Shown: in pieces, positions 38,412-47,654 of the stretch
Position numbering within the stretch: the first letter of the stretch is position 1
Layout: every line of letters starts with the position of its first letter
DNA from: an uncultured Bacteroidota bacterium
Lineage (GTDB): Bacteria; Bacteroidota; Bacteroidia; Flavobacteriales; Flavobacteriaceae
Assembly: GCA_903889745.1 (NCBI GenBank)
Contig: CAISYO010000327.1
Span: forward strand, 1-60,802
Direction: 5' to 3'
DNA length: 60,802 nucleotides
Made by a program: the position numbers and the translations under genes
Notes under the pieces: model-generated
The model's database searches: none
The model's input: the letters and a program-made list of their open reading frames with translations, nothing else
Told to the model about the DNA's origin: nothing

Positions 38412-39320
38412 TTATATTTTTTCAGCCACTCTTAATTTTGCACTTCGAGCTCTATTATTTATAGCAATTTCTTCTTCCGAAGGCACTATTAATTTTTCAA
38501 TTATTTTGAATGGAACCTCAAAATTTCCGAAAAAATCGCGCTCAGGTTCACCTTCAAATAAGCCGTTTCTAAAAAATCGTTTTACCAAACGGTCTTCCAA
38601 TGAATGATAGGAAATTACACTTAATCGTCCTCCTGGCTTTAAAATTTCTAATGATTGTTCTAAAAACTCTTTCAAAACATCCATTTCTTGATTCACTTCA
38701 ATTCGGATTGCTTGATATATTTGGGCTAAAAATTTATTGCTTTTATGCGCAGGTAAAAATTTAGCCAGAACTTGTTTTAATTCTTCCGAATTTTTAATCT
38801 CTTTATTTTTTCTTGCTGTAACAATAACATTTGCCATTGCTCTAGCGTTTTTTAATTCGCCATAATTGAATAAAACACGTGAAATTTCTTGTTCATCATA
38901 TTCATTCACTACATGATAAGCACTTAAATCACCTTTTTGATTCATTCGCATATCTAATTCGGCATCAAAACGAGTTGAAAAACCACGTTCAGCCACATCA
39001 AATTGATGCGAAGAAACCCCTAGATCTGCTAAAATTCCATCTACTTGTTTAATTCCGTGAAAACGTAAAAACCGTTTTATAAATCTGAAATTTTCGTTTA
39101 TTAAAGTAAAACGATCATCACTTATTGCATTATTTAAAGCATCGGTATCTTGATCAAAAGCAAAAAGCTTCCCATTGACACCTAAACGACTCATCATTTC
39201 TCTTGAATGTCCGCCACCACCAAAAGTAACATCAACATACACTCCGTCAGCATGCATATTTAATCCATCTACCGTCTCTTTTAGCAATACTGGATTATGA
39301 TATTCCATCCTCGTCGTCAT
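38412..39320 (-). CDS. rsmH: 16S rRNA m4C1402 methyltransferase
   Basis: HNPVLL, DVTFGGGGHS, DLGVSSHQ, QAIRIEVN, SYHSLEDR, RARSAKLR. Confidence 0.97.
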   Translation of the reverse strand: MTTRMEYHNPVLLKETVDGLNMHADGVYVDVTFGGGGHSREMMSRLGVNGKLFAFDQDTDALNNAISDDRFTLINENFRFIKRFLRFHGIKQVDGILADLGVSSHQFDVAERGFSTRFDAELDMRMNQKGDLSAYHVVNEYDEQEISRVLFNYGELKNARAMANVIVTARKNKEIKNSEELKQVLAKFLPAHKSNKFLAQIYQAIRIEVNQEMDVLKEFLEQSLEILKPGGRLSVISYHSLEDRLVKRFFRNGLFEGEPERDFFGNFEVPFKIIEKLIVPSEEEIAINNRARSAKLRVAEKI

Positions 39321-39765
39321 TTAAGTTACCCATTACTTCTTCTGCTAAATCTGCAAAATCATCTGTAGCATTTTCAATGGCATTTTCATATTTGACTTTA
39401 TCCCAAATTTCAATAATGTTGATAGCAGAATTCAATACAATATCTTTTTCAATCGTTGCAAAAACAACTAAATCTTTTGAAATCAATAGTCGTCCAGTTG
39501 CATCGATATCCACCATTTTAACCCCAGCTGTAAATCGTCTAATAAAATCGTTATTCTTTTTTACAAAACGATTTAATTTATTGATTTTCAACATCATTTT
39601 ATTCCACTCACTCATCGGAAACAACTCCAAACAAGGCTGAAAAACAGAACGCTTCAATACAAATCCTTCCTCTAAAGAACCCAATTGTTTCTTTAGAGCA
39701 GTAGGCAACATAAGACGCCCTTTTGCGTCTACCTTGCATTCGTATGTTCCAATTAATGTTTTCAA
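39295..39765 (-). CDS. mraZ: Division/cell wall cluster transcriptional repressor MraZ
   Basis: Two DxxGR motifs (DAKGR, DATGR), IEIW; first gene of dcw; TTG start. Confidence 0.95.
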   Translation of the reverse strand: MKTLIGTYECKVDAKGRLMLPTALKKQLGSLEEGFVLKRSVFQPCLELFPMSEWNKMMLKINKLNRFVKKNNDFIRRFTAGVKMVDIDATGRLLISKDLVVFATIEKDIVLNSAINIIEIWDKVKYENAIENATDDFADLAEEVMGNLNDDEDGIS

Positions 39766-39788
39766 TTCTTTTTCTATTTGAATATGTA

Positions 39789-39831
39789 CAAAATTAAAAA
39801 AAATTTACCACTTTTTACCACATAATACCAC
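39789..39831 (-). promoter_or_regulatory. dcw promoter: -7 box plus three MraZ-type operator repeats
   Basis: TAATTTTG at 39796-39789; GTGGTA x3 at exact 10-bp spacing (39806, 39816, 39826). Confidence 0.8.
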
Positions 39832-40090
39832 TTTGTTAATAAGTTTTTCGAAAACAAAACCAAAAAAACCACTTCTTATTCAGTTGTAATTATTAAAACA
39901 CCATAAATGGAAGAATTTAAATACTTTTAAAAATAAATTACCACAAAATGAGTTGGTTAATAATTGTTTTAAAATTGTTGATAACTAACAAATTATAAGC
40001 AAACACCTCTAAATTTCATGGTCCTAATTTTTTTCTTTTGTTTCCGCAATAAAATAGTATATTTGTCAAATAGGACAACCAACACTTTAA

Positions 40091-40855
40091 GTGGTATTTA
40101 TGTTAAAAAAAGAAAAAAAATATACCTATTTTGAAGCCGGAGAAGGAACCCCAATCATCATTTTACATGGTTTAATGGGAGGTTTAAGTAATTTTGCAGG
40201 AGTAGCTGAATTTTTCCCACCAAAAGGGTATAAAGTTGTGATACCCGAATTACCTATTTACACGCAAAACATTTTAAAAACAAACGTAAAAGCTTTTTCA
40301 AGATTTGTTAAAGATTTTATCATATATAAAGGTTTTGACCAAGTAATCCTTGTTGGAAATTCATTAGGAGGCCATATTGGTTTATATCATACAAAGATGT
40401 ATCCTAATCTTGTAAAAGCATTAGTAATTACTGGAAGTTCAGGCTTGTATGAAAGCGGAATGGGCGAAAGCTATCCGAAAAGAGGCGACTATGAATACAT
40501 CAAAAAGAAAGCCGAAGATGTTTTCTATGATCCTAAAATTGCGACCAAAGAAATTGTAGATGAAGTTTTTGCTACGGTTAATGATCGAATTAAATTGATT
40601 AAAACTTTAACCATTGCTAAAAGTGCTATCCGTCATAATATGGCTAAAGATTTACCTAAAATGACTACGCCAACCTGCATTATATGGGGAAAAGATGATA
40701 AAGTAACTCCGCCAAATGTAGCTGAAGAATTTAATAAATTGCTACCCAATTCAGAGTTGTTTTGGATTGATAAATGTGGTCATGCTGCAATGATGGAACA
40801 TCCAGATGAGTTCAATGAAATTTTATTGAATTGGTTGCAAAAAAATAAATTATAA
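40091..40855 (+). CDS. Alpha/beta fold hydrolase
   Basis: LHGLMGG, GNSLGG nucleophile elbow, WGKDD, CGHA. Confidence 0.92.
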   Translation: MVFMLKKEKKYTYFEAGEGTPIIILHGLMGGLSNFAGVAEFFPPKGYKVVIPELPIYTQNILKTNVKAFSRFVKDFIIYKGFDQVILVGNSLGGHIGLYHTKMYPNLVKALVITGSSGLYESGMGESYPKRGDYEYIKKKAEDVFYDPKIATKEIVDEVFATVNDRIKLIKTLTIAKSAIRHNMAKDLPKMTTPTCIIWGKDDKVTPPNVAEEFNKLLPNSELFWIDKCGHAAMMEHPDEFNEILLNWLQKNKL

Positions 40856-40893
40856 CTATTCCCCTTAAATGGGGAATTTTAGTATAAAATTAC

Positions 40894-41514
40894 ATGAAAA
40901 TTAATACCGCCGAATTCATTATTAGTAATTCTGAAGTAGATAAATGTCCGAAAGAACGTTTGCCTGAATACGCCTTTATTGGTCGTTCAAACGTAGGAAA
41001 ATCTTCTTTGATTAATATGTTGACCAATCATAAAAACTTAGCAAAAACCTCATCAAAACCAGGTAAAACGCAGTTAATTAATCATTTTAAAATTAATAGT
41101 AATTGGTTTTTAGTCGATTTACCAGGTTATGGATATGCTCGTGTTTCTAAAAAAACGAAAGCCGTGTTTCAACAATTTATTATGGATTATTTTGAACAAA
41201 GAGAGCAATTAATTTGTGCCTTTGTATTGATTGACATAAGATTAGAAGCACAAAAAATTGATTTAGAATTCATGGAATATTTAGGTGAAAGTGAAATTCC
41301 GTTTGCTATTATTTTTACTAAATCGGATAAATTAGGCAAAAACAAAGTGAACAATCATGTGGAAGCTTATAAAAAACAATTATTAGCGGGCGATTGGGCT
41401 GAAATGCCGCCTTATTTTGTAACGTCTTCACTTGAAGCTATAGGACGCGAAGGAATTTTAGAATACATCAATCAAATTAACGAAGATATTTTTAAAAATG
41501 AAGGATTTATATAA
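40894..41514 (+). CDS. engB: Ribosome biogenesis GTP-binding protein YihA/YsxC
   Basis: GRSNVGKSS, PGKT, DLPGYGYA, TKSDK. Confidence 0.96.
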   Translation: MKINTAEFIISNSEVDKCPKERLPEYAFIGRSNVGKSSLINMLTNHKNLAKTSSKPGKTQLINHFKINSNWFLVDLPGYGYARVSKKTKAVFQQFIMDYFEQREQLICAFVLIDIRLEAQKIDLEFMEYLGESEIPFAIIFTKSDKLGKNKVNNHVEAYKKQLLAGDWAEMPPYFVTSSLEAIGREGILEYINQINEDIFKNEGFI

Positions 41515-41545
41515 AAAAAGAGCCGCAATCAGCGGCTCTTTTTTT
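41513..41545. terminator. Bidirectional terminator between engB and gldC
   Basis: A-run GAGCCGC-loop-GCGGCTC T-run. Confidence 0.85.
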
Positions 41546-41870
41546 ATGCTTTCAATTCTAATTTCTCGGCAAAATAATCACAAAAATCGCGCATAGTATC
41601 CGACATTTTTTCATCGGCAGTAGCGCGTTGAAATGTATCGGCCATAGCCACTAAGGTTTGGTGAAAAAATTGCTTCATTTCGTCTACTGGCATATCTTTT
41701 GTCCATAAATCAATACGAAGGGTTTCTTTTGCTTTACTATCCCACACCGACAGCATTAATGCTTTTGCCTCTTCTTGCTCCACACCGCCATCTTGTGCCG
41801 TCCACAATAATTTTTCGGGCACATTATTTTCATCTAAACCTACGGTAATTTTTATATCTGATTTTTTCAT
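41544..41870 (-). CDS. gldC: Gliding motility protein GldC
   Basis: LDENNVPEKL.W.A.DGG, LRIDLWTKDMPVDEMK; downstream of gldB; start placed at ATG 41870. Confidence 0.92.
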   Translation of the reverse strand: MKKSDIKITVGLDENNVPEKLLWTAQDGGVEQEEAKALMLSVWDSKAKETLRIDLWTKDMPVDEMKQFFHQTLVAMADTFQRATADEKMSDTMRDFCDYFAEKLELKA

Positions 41871-41877
41871 TGTTCTA

Positions 41878-42840
41878 TTATTGTTTCTTTGGTTTGTATT
41901 TCGAATTCTCAAAAATAGTTTTGGCATCCATTGCCATTAATTGTTCTAAAGTTACCTCATCATTGTTTTCCATATAACTTCTTACAATTTGCCAACCTAA
42001 CCATTGCCCCACTCGACCAGGTGTTTGATTGTCTATTTCTAAATAAAATTTTGAAAAAGGAGCCGGATAAATAAACCGTTGTTCGTTCTTTGGATTTGCA
42101 TCAAACAATAATTTATTTTCTACCAAATTACTCCACATGTAATATTCGTTTTCTTGGCAAAATTTCAGTTGTAATTCGGTATACCCAATTTTATTTGCAT
42201 CGGAATATTCTGGAATTAATTTATCTTTTATATACAATTCTTTCCCATAATAAATCATAGCCGAAAGTAAGGTTCTATCTCGAGGCGTAGCAATTTTACC
42301 GTAACAAAAACTCGACACTAAATTAGGAACGATTTGATTTGCTTCTAACTCCATTTTCTTATATTCGGGAAAATCTATATAAAACCGATGGTCTTTTCCT
42401 AAGTAACAATCTAAAGACACCAAGGCAAGTGTGTCTACATAAAAAACTTTGCCTTCCATATCTACTTCATTTATTAAAGTAATTACACGAGGCGTTTTGT
42501 ACTTTGGAAAATAATACTGCACATGAGCAAATAATTTTTCAAGATCGCTTTCCACTTTTCCAAGGGTAGGATATTTTACCTGAACCTCTTTATATAATTC
42601 CTTTAATAATGGATTATTCATTTTGTTTACCCATAACGAATCGGGATTTCCTGCTGGAAAAAAGAACGGATATTTTGATTTAATTTGTTCGAGTTCATTA
42701 GGCTTAGAACCAAAAAAAACTTGATCAAATCGTTCAACTTTAAAAGTGACCGGAATTTGAGCTACCGCTTCTTCAATTTTACTTTCTTCTCTACAAGAAA
42801 ATAACGAAACGATAATTAGCGCAAATATTAATTGCTTCAT
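41878..42840 (-). CDS. gldB: Gliding motility lipoprotein GldB
   Basis: Lipobox LFSC, RFD, MIYYGK, APFSKFYLEIDN, PGRVGQWLGWQIVRSYM, SKYKP. Confidence 0.92.
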   Translation of the reverse strand: MKQLIFALIIVSLFSCREESKIEEAVAQIPVTFKVERFDQVFFGSKPNELEQIKSKYPFFFPAGNPDSLWVNKMNNPLLKELYKEVQVKYPTLGKVESDLEKLFAHVQYYFPKYKTPRVITLINEVDMEGKVFYVDTLALVSLDCYLGKDHRFYIDFPEYKKMELEANQIVPNLVSSFCYGKIATPRDRTLLSAMIYYGKELYIKDKLIPEYSDANKIGYTELQLKFCQENEYYMWSNLVENKLLFDANPKNEQRFIYPAPFSKFYLEIDNQTPGRVGQWLGWQIVRSYMENNDEVTLEQLMAMDAKTIFENSKYKPKKQ

Positions 42841-42920
42841 ATGGCGTATTTTTATAATTTTATCAAATATTAATTCGGTTACAAATATACAGTTATCGAC
42901 TTACAAATTTTCATAAAAAA

Positions 42921-43727
42921 ATGACAAATTCTACTCCTTTTCAAGCAGAAAAAATTAATGATTTCATTGTGCAATGGCTGCATGATTATGCTATAAACGC
43001 TAAAGTAAAGGGTTTTGTTGTAGGCATCTCGGGCGGAATTGATAGTGCGCTAACGTCAACATTGTGTGCGCAAACGGGTTTACCTACGTTATGTATAGAA
43101 ATGCCAATACATCAAGCGGAAAGTCATGTCAATAGAGCCAACGAGCATATTAACCAATTGAAAAGTAGGTTTCCAAATGTATTGAATGAACGTGCCGACT
43201 TAACTCCTGTATTCGAACAATTTAAAGCGCAAGTTCCAGCATCAGATAATGAAACGACACTAGCTTTATCACTAGCTAATACTCGTGCTAGATTGCGCAT
43301 GACTACTTTATACTATTTTGCTGGATTACATGGATTTTTAGTCGCTGGAACCGGAAATAAAGTAGAAGATTTTGGTGTAGGTTTCTTTACAAAATATGGC
43401 GATGGCGGTGTAGATATTAGTCCAATTGCCGATTTAATGAAAAGCGAAGTTAGATTATTAGCTGCTTATGTAAAAGTTCCTCAAAGTATTTTAGAGGCCA
43501 AACCAACCGATGGATTATTTGGTGATGATCGTAGTGATGAAGATCAAATTGGCGCTAATTATGATGAATTAGAATGGGCTATGAACCAAATGGCATTAGG
43601 AAAAAAAGCAACTGATTTTTCAGGACGAGAAGCGCACATTTTTACCCTTTATGAACGACTTCATTTGATCAACCAACATAAAATGCAACCCATACCTGTT
43701 TGTACAATTCCTGAAGATTTAAAATAA
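42921..43727 (+). CDS. nadE: NH3-dependent NAD+ synthetase
   Basis: GISGGIDS, NTRARLRM, GTGNKVE, FTKYGDGG, PTDGL. Confidence 0.96.
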   Translation: MTNSTPFQAEKINDFIVQWLHDYAINAKVKGFVVGISGGIDSALTSTLCAQTGLPTLCIEMPIHQAESHVNRANEHINQLKSRFPNVLNERADLTPVFEQFKAQVPASDNETTLALSLANTRARLRMTTLYYFAGLHGFLVAGTGNKVEDFGVGFFTKYGDGGVDISPIADLMKSEVRLLAAYVKVPQSILEAKPTDGLFGDDRSDEDQIGANYDELEWAMNQMALGKKATDFSGREAHIFTLYERLHLINQHKMQPIPVCTIPEDLK

Positions 43728-43806
43728 TTATCATCCTAATTTACAGTTAATTACATTTTTTTATTAACTTTGACTATGTAAGTTTTAGTACTGTAATTTA
43801 TTAGCT

Positions 43807-44397
43807 ATGATAAAAGTATGTATTGCAGATAATGCTCCGGTTATTTCCTATGGAATATGTTCCTATTTTAAAAATCATTCCAAAATAAATTGTATAGCCG
43901 AGGCAAATAGTATTGAACACCTTTTAAATGTACTAAACACAAAAGAAGTAGATTTACTTTTATTAGATATGGAGTTAAATGGGTTATCCAGTTTAAGAGA
44001 CATTAAAAGTTTAATACAAGATTATCCAAAACTTAAAATCATCATATTTACGCTTGTTGCCGAAAAAGTATATGCTCAAGCTACTTTAAAAATGGGCGTT
44101 GCTGCTTATTTAGATAAAACATCCGAATTAACGTTACTAGAAGACACAATAGAAAACGTTATGCAAAACGCTACTATATCAAAGAAAAAAGTGACACGGC
44201 TTTTTAAAAAGGTTTCAAATAGAGAAATTGAGGTGCTTCGGTATTTGAATAATGGTAAAAAGAATAAAGAAATAGCGCAAATTTTAGGTATTGATGAAAA
44301 AACTATTAGCACCTATAAATTAAGGCTTTTAACCAAATTAAACGTAACTAACTTAGTTGACTTATTAAAAAAAGCAAAAGATTTGGAAATAATTTAA
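43807..44397 (+). CDS. NarL/LuxR family response regulator (no adjacent kinase)
   Basis: Receiver domain (LLLLD) plus LuxR HTH SNREIEVL...NKEIA..L...EKTISTYK. Confidence 0.9.
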   Translation: MIKVCIADNAPVISYGICSYFKNHSKINCIAEANSIEHLLNVLNTKEVDLLLLDMELNGLSSLRDIKSLIQDYPKLKIIIFTLVAEKVYAQATLKMGVAAYLDKTSELTLLEDTIENVMQNATISKKKVTRLFKKVSNREIEVLRYLNNGKKNKEIAQILGIDEKTISTYKLRLLTKLNVTNLVDLLKKAKDLEII

Positions 44398-46382
44398 TGA
44401 TAGCGAGATAGTACTCTGCCTAAATTTTTTGAAAAAACATGGGTAAGCCCTAAATAAGCCATAACCATTTCTAACGATTCTCTGTTGTCTTGTTCCTCTT
44501 CGGTTGATAAATTATTTTTTAATTCATCAATAATATTATTCACTAAATACCAACGTAAAGTAATAATAGTTTCGGTAACATATTGACTAATAGTTGCTCC
44601 TTTTTGTTTGACATAAATTTGCTGGACTTCCCAATTATGAAGCACTTCGCGCTCTTCATTCATTAATATCGAAGTAACTTCTTGCGCTAATTCCTCTGGT
44701 AAATGCATTAAATATTTATCCAATTCAAACACTTCTGTCTCGTTGAAATAAGCAATTAAATGATTATAAATTGCTTTAAATATTGGGTTAGCCAATTCAA
44801 TTTCGTCAACCTGCAAGCTCAAATACACGCGCTCAAACACCTTGTAATTCTTTTTTTCAACTACTTCCGTGTATTCGCCCTCTTCATTTTCGGTTAAAAT
44901 TCGGTCTTCAAATTCAACTATTTTATCTCCATATAGCAATAGAATTTGGATAATTTTATGTTCCAATTCATATTGTATATCCACTTTAGCTGTTGGCGCA
45001 GCAATATCATTCTTTACAACTTCAAAGGCCTTTTGTTCCGAAGCTTCAGAATTTTTATATTGTTTATTGGCTTCCGATAAGTCTTTTTTGACTAATTGTG
45101 CCAATGTATTAAAAAGCACATCTTCGGAAATATCCATGATTCTAGAACATTCCTTGATATATACTTCTCTTTTAATTCGATCTGGAATTTTTGAAATACT
45201 TATGACCATATCCCGAATCAAATCGGCCTTTTTTATCGGATCATTCTTAGCTTCTTGCATTAATAAAGATGCCTTGAACTGAATGAAATCTTTAGCATTT
45301 TCTTCAAAATACAATAACAAATCTTCATACGATGTTTTTCGGGCAAAACTATCTGGGTCATCTCCATCAGGAAACGTACATACTTTTACGTTCATTCCGG
45401 CCTCCAAAATCAAATCTATACCACGAATCGAAGCACGAAGTCCGGCAGCATCACCATCAAAAAGTACGGTTATATTTGGCGTTAAGCGATTAATCAAACG
45501 AATTTGATCCGGTGTTAAAGCCGTTCCAGAAGAAGCTACGACGTTTTCAATTCCGGCTTGATTCATTTGAATGACATCAGTATATCCTTCCACCAAATAA
45601 CAATTATTTAGCTTCGCGATGGATTGCTTCGCATGAAAAATTCCGTACAAGACTTTACTCTTGTGGTAAATATCGCTTTCGGGCGAATTGAGGTATTTGG
45701 CTGCTTTTTTATCATTGGTCAAAATACGCCCTCCAAATCCTAACACGCGACCGCTCATGCTCTGAATAGGAAACATCACACGACCTTTAAAACGGTCAAA
45801 TTGCTTGTCTTCCTTAACAATTGAAAGTCCGGTTTTGTCTAAATACTCTAATTTATAACCTTTACCCAGTGCTTCTTTGGTAAACGCATCCCAAGTTTCT
45901 GGCGAATAGCCTAAGCCAAATTTCTTAATGGTTTCGGAAGTAAAACCTCGTTCTTTAAAATAGGATAATCCGATGGCTTTTCCTTCTTCGGTTTCTAATA
46001 ACGTGTGATGAAAATATTTCTGTGCAAATTCAGAAACCAAATACATACTTTCCTTTTCATTTGCTTGAGCTACATCTTCATCAGACTGAACTGTTTCTTC
46101 AATTTCAATATTGTATTTTACGGCTAAATATCTGATAGCTTCGGGATACGTAAAATGCTCGTGTTCCATTAAAAAGGTGACTGCATTTCCTCCTTTTCCC
46201 GACGAAAAATCTTTCCAAATTTGCTTCACAGGCGACACCATAAATGAAGGCGATTTCTCGTTCACAAACGGAGACAAACCTTTCAAGTTACTTCCTGCGC
46301 GTTTGAGTTGGACAAAATCACCAATAACCTCCTCAACTCGGGCGGTTTCAAATACTTTTTCTATGGTGTCTTTTGAGATCAA
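44394..46382 (-). CDS. dnaG: DNA primase
   Basis: N-terminal GLSPF.EKSPSF domain, RVMFPI, FGGR, KYLNSPES, TOPRIM EGYTD and FDGDAAG, DPD; TTG start. Confidence 0.97.
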   Translation of the reverse strand: MISKDTIEKVFETARVEEVIGDFVQLKRAGSNLKGLSPFVNEKSPSFMVSPVKQIWKDFSSGKGGNAVTFLMEHEHFTYPEAIRYLAVKYNIEIEETVQSDEDVAQANEKESMYLVSEFAQKYFHHTLLETEEGKAIGLSYFKERGFTSETIKKFGLGYSPETWDAFTKEALGKGYKLEYLDKTGLSIVKEDKQFDRFKGRVMFPIQSMSGRVLGFGGRILTNDKKAAKYLNSPESDIYHKSKVLYGIFHAKQSIAKLNNCYLVEGYTDVIQMNQAGIENVVASSGTALTPDQIRLINRLTPNITVLFDGDAAGLRASIRGIDLILEAGMNVKVCTFPDGDDPDSFARKTSYEDLLLYFEENAKDFIQFKASLLMQEAKNDPIKKADLIRDMVISISKIPDRIKREVYIKECSRIMDISEDVLFNTLAQLVKKDLSEANKQYKNSEASEQKAFEVVKNDIAAPTAKVDIQYELEHKIIQILLLYGDKIVEFEDRILTENEEGEYTEVVEKKNYKVFERVYLSLQVDEIELANPIFKAIYNHLIAYFNETEVFELDKYLMHLPEELAQEVTSILMNEEREVLHNWEVQQIYVKQKGATISQYVTETIITLRWYLVNNIIDELKNNLSTEEEQDNRESLEMVMAYLGLTHVFSKNLGRVLSRYH

Positions 46383-46386
46383 TTTT

Positions 46387-46420
46387 GATTTTCAGATTTT
46401 AGACTTTAAGATTTTCAGAT
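46387..46420. repeat. 7/8-mer array upstream of dnaG
   Basis: GATTTTCA GATTTTA GACTTTAA GATTTTCA GAT. Confidence 0.6.
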
Positions 46421-46476
46421 AATGGAAAAACGAATTCAAAGTTACAAAGTTAATCCATAAAAAAACGTATAAAAAC

Positions 46477-46507
46477 AAAAAAGTACCACATTGCTGAAGT
46501 ACTTTTT
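46477..46507 (-). terminator. Possible terminator after the ECF module
   Basis: AAAAAGTAC/GTACTTTTT stem with a long loop. Confidence 0.45.
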
Positions 46508-46537
46508 CGAAACAGAGAACTTAACCTAACTCTAAAT

Positions 46538-47608
46538 TTAATTAAAATCAAAGCGTATACCTAATGAAACGTTGTTTTGATCTATATTATTGTTCTTAAA
46601 CATCGGATTTAAGTCATATTTAACATATAAGCTGGTAGATTTGTGTCCAACATAGGCACTTAGTCCATAGGTAAAATCGTTTACATTAAAATCCGCTTTT
46701 GTTTTTTCATTAATTTTTTTTCCATCCAATTCATATCTAATAAATTGTTTCGAATTAGTATTAACTCCAGCAAATCCTCCTAAACCAAATCTAAAACCTT
46801 GATGTGATTTGAATATTTTTTTTCCATCTTTTTCTTCTGTTTTAGAAAAATCAAATTCCAAATGTAAAGGGAGAACAAAATAAACATTTTTAAAATACGT
46901 AAAATTATCTTTTACATTTACTGGATAAGTCACTAAAACCGTTTCACTTCCTGTATCTTCAAAAACTCTATTTTCAGTTGCATACAAAAAATTATATTGA
47001 AATCCTAAACCATATTTTAAATGTAATAAATTAGAATTTTGCAACAATCTAGTATTTAACGTAATTCCCCATTCCCAAAAAACGGAACGCAAGTAACCAA
47101 AATCAGAATTAGCAACAGCCCCATTTGTAACTAAATTATTAACACCTGTTGCAATAACAACTTGTGATGTAGTTCTATATTCTCTTTTGTAATTCTTATA
47201 TATAGAATCATTATTCATTGATACATCCAATATACTTATAGTTTTCTTTTTCAAATTTTCATCTTTTTTATCAGTACTTGAAAATGCAATTTTTCCGTTT
47301 ACTTTATCTTGAACCAATTGTGCTAATTTAGCTTCTTCAATTGCTACTTTGGTATCAATGTTATTAGCACGTTCTTGCGCAATTTTAGTTTTTAATTCTT
47401 GCGCTCTTTCAGGTGTTATTTTACCTTCTTTTACTTGAAAATCAATTGCTTCAACTTCTTTTTTTAAGGCGTTTTTTTCTTCGAAAGTAATTATTTCAAT
47501 ATTTGTAGCAATTTCTTTAGCTTGTTGTTCAAAAGATTTTTCTTGCGCTACAACTTTTGTTAGTAAACTAAACACAATAACGATGGTGTATAAAATAATT
47601 TTTTGCAT
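46538..47608 (-). CDS. Secreted protein with N-terminal coiled coil and probable outer-membrane beta-barrel
   Basis: Signal peptide, helical charged N-domain, alternating aromatic beta strands, C-terminal SLGIRFDFN. Confidence 0.7.
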   Translation of the reverse strand: MQKIILYTIVIVFSLLTKVVAQEKSFEQQAKEIATNIEIITFEEKNALKKEVEAIDFQVKEGKITPERAQELKTKIAQERANNIDTKVAIEEAKLAQLVQDKVNGKIAFSSTDKKDENLKKKTISILDVSMNNDSIYKNYKREYRTTSQVVIATGVNNLVTNGAVANSDFGYLRSVFWEWGITLNTRLLQNSNLLHLKYGLGFQYNFLYATENRVFEDTGSETVLVTYPVNVKDNFTYFKNVYFVLPLHLEFDFSKTEEKDGKKIFKSHQGFRFGLGGFAGVNTNSKQFIRYELDGKKINEKTKADFNVNDFTYGLSAYVGHKSTSLYVKYDLNPMFKNNNIDQNNVSLGIRFDFN

Positions 47609-47616
47609 AACTGTTC

Positions 47617-47654
47617 GATTTTTGATTGTTGATTTTTATGATGATTTTTGATTT
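47617..47654. repeat. GATTTTT-type heptamer array
   Basis: GATTTTT GATTGTT GATTTTT ATGAT GATTTTT GATTT fills the intergenic gap. Confidence 0.55.

Noticed and set aside
40859-40876. TTCCCC-TTAAAT-GGGGAA hairpin as another copy of the GC-rich REP
   Set aside because: Too short and lacks the flanking AAGCCCCC segment; more likely a weak terminator or pause hairpin.
43807-44397. Orphan LuxR-type regulator as partner of the truncated kinase
   Set aside because: It is more than 5 kb away in a housekeeping context (nadE/dnaG), and nothing in the sequence links the two.
46100-46382. DnaG N-terminal domain lacking the usual zinc-ligand cysteines (GLSPF, WKDFSSG)
   Set aside because: As far as I recall this Cys-less variant is common in Flavobacteriaceae primases. 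The ORF is otherwise intact, so it is not a pseudogene.
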